A stretch of 63,640 nt of DNA, the filler included, from Reticulomyxa filosa (lineage: Eukaryota; Protista; Foraminifera): the NCBI GenBank assembly GCA_000512085.1. It is 15 parts of 15 records of this genome, joined end to end, with 100 filler letters (N's around TTAATTAATTAA, not from the genome) between each part and the next. Parts side by side here need not be neighbours in the genome. Positions count along the whole stretch, not along the records: positions 58,957 to 63,640 come from ASPP01049366.1; 14 more parts are not named here. The stretch is one strand, 5' to 3'. The notes under the pieces are model-generated. The model did not search any database. It was not told the DNA's origin and worked only from the letters and a program-made list of their open reading frames with translations. The translations under genes were made by a program, and so were the position numbers. Shown here piece after piece: positions 62,520-63,640 of the stretch. Position 1 is the first letter of the stretch. Every line of letters starts with the position of its first letter.

Positions 62520-63640
62520 TGAACGAATAACCAAATTTCACACGACAAAAAAAGAACAGCCTTTTTTGTAATACTTTCCTTTTCTGTAGGATTTAGTAAT
62601 TATCATTTAAGTATCGCCTTTCGTTTATTCATTATAACTTCAATTCTATTTTAATAGGCATTGCATTTACAATTTATTCAGTAAGATTTTTTTTTTTTTT
62701 CAAAATAATCAACGAAATGTTTAAATAAAAATAACTAAAAAATACAGAGTTATTGTTATTTTCACGCAATTCTTCGCCCTTTGATTGTTTTCTTGAAAGT
62801 AAACCGTCCATGCATTGTTGTAAAACTAATGCAAAAATCATTTGCAAAGTCATATCTGTCCATATATTCTTCAAAATTATTGTGCCAAACGCAAAAAATA
62901 ATATTTGTCACAACAAACAAAACAATAAATATGACATAATGCAATAACTCAGAATTACAATATTCCAACTTCGACATAAACAAAATGTTAACGTTATCAA
63001 AATAACATATTGAAAATAAGGACAATATTTTATGAATAAAAAAAAGTGAAAAAATAAAGAAAAGATTAAATAATGCTGTATCTTAGGTACCGCCGGATTT
63101 AATCATTTTATTTGTTTATCTTTTTTTTATCCATTGGTGTCTCTGGTTTGTTGTCGCCATGACAAAGAGAAAGCACTGCTTAAAATGCAGACTGAAACAA
63201 AAAGGGATTTTTAATTTGAATACTTTCAAAACGTCTTTGTATTAGTTTTTTCAAAGTATATTTTTTAGATGGCAAATGAATTAAGTTGGAGGCAGTTTAT
63301 AAAAGTTGTATCTCGTTAGGTGCAAAATCAGTTTTATGATGCTTTGTTGCCAAGCATTTTTTTTTGTTTGTTCAAAATAAGATGGAAAATTTATGAAAGG
63401 ATTAAAGAGATAAATAGCGAAATGCAACGTTCTGAAAAAATATGTATTTATTTGAAGACTATGAAAAACGAAGTATAATTTAGAAAGATGTTTTTGAATA
63501 TCACGATGAAATTGATAAATAGTTTAATCGTAATACACGTTACTGTAGATAAAGAAAAAATATAAAACAATTTTTTTTTTTTGGAAAGCCTAAATCATTA
63601 TCAAGATGATCGCAATGTCTCACGGACAGCTCTTTCATGT

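Noticed and set aside
62674-63025. Two overlapping minus-strand ORFs as a membrane protein
   Set aside because: No motif and no consistent splice or frame model; could be a relic but is unsupported.

Overview
AT-rich, intron-containing eukaryotic (protist) genomic DNA. It is not one locus: 15 short contigs are joined by 14 artificial 100-nt spacers (N44-TTAATTAATTAA-N44), so adjacency across a spacer has no biological meaning. The expanded WD40 and RING/TRAF-zinc-finger families resemble those I associate with the foraminiferan Reticulomyxa filosa (inference, not verified). Recognisable genes, many partial: four WD40 proteins, a RING/TRAF-type zinc-finger protein, Rab5-like and Rab7-like GTPases, the C-terminus of a GVIN1/VLIG-like GTPase, an ABCD half-transporter, a UBX protein, LSm1, importin-alpha, an AIG1/septin-like GTPase, a PDK/BCKDK kinase, PP2A B56, a tandem-SAM protein, a Pumilio protein, a multi-C2H2 protein, a G-alpha subunit, a PT-repeat surface protein, a tandem PAN/Apple-like protein and cathepsin L. 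There are also decayed pseudogene fragments and a Tc1-like relic. Four observations stand out. (1) An unusual intron grammar: mostly GTT donors, poly(A)-AG acceptors with no pyrimidine tract, and T-run/A-run polarity that could fold introns into hairpins. (2) A Rab5-like protein with a natural Q-to-L switch II and a CaaX tail. (3) An importin-alpha with a ~715-aa insertion between its last ARM repeats. (4) Immune-type GTPase, WD40 and TRAF modules. I saw no rRNA, tRNA or CRISPR array. Exon boundaries were placed by hand translation.
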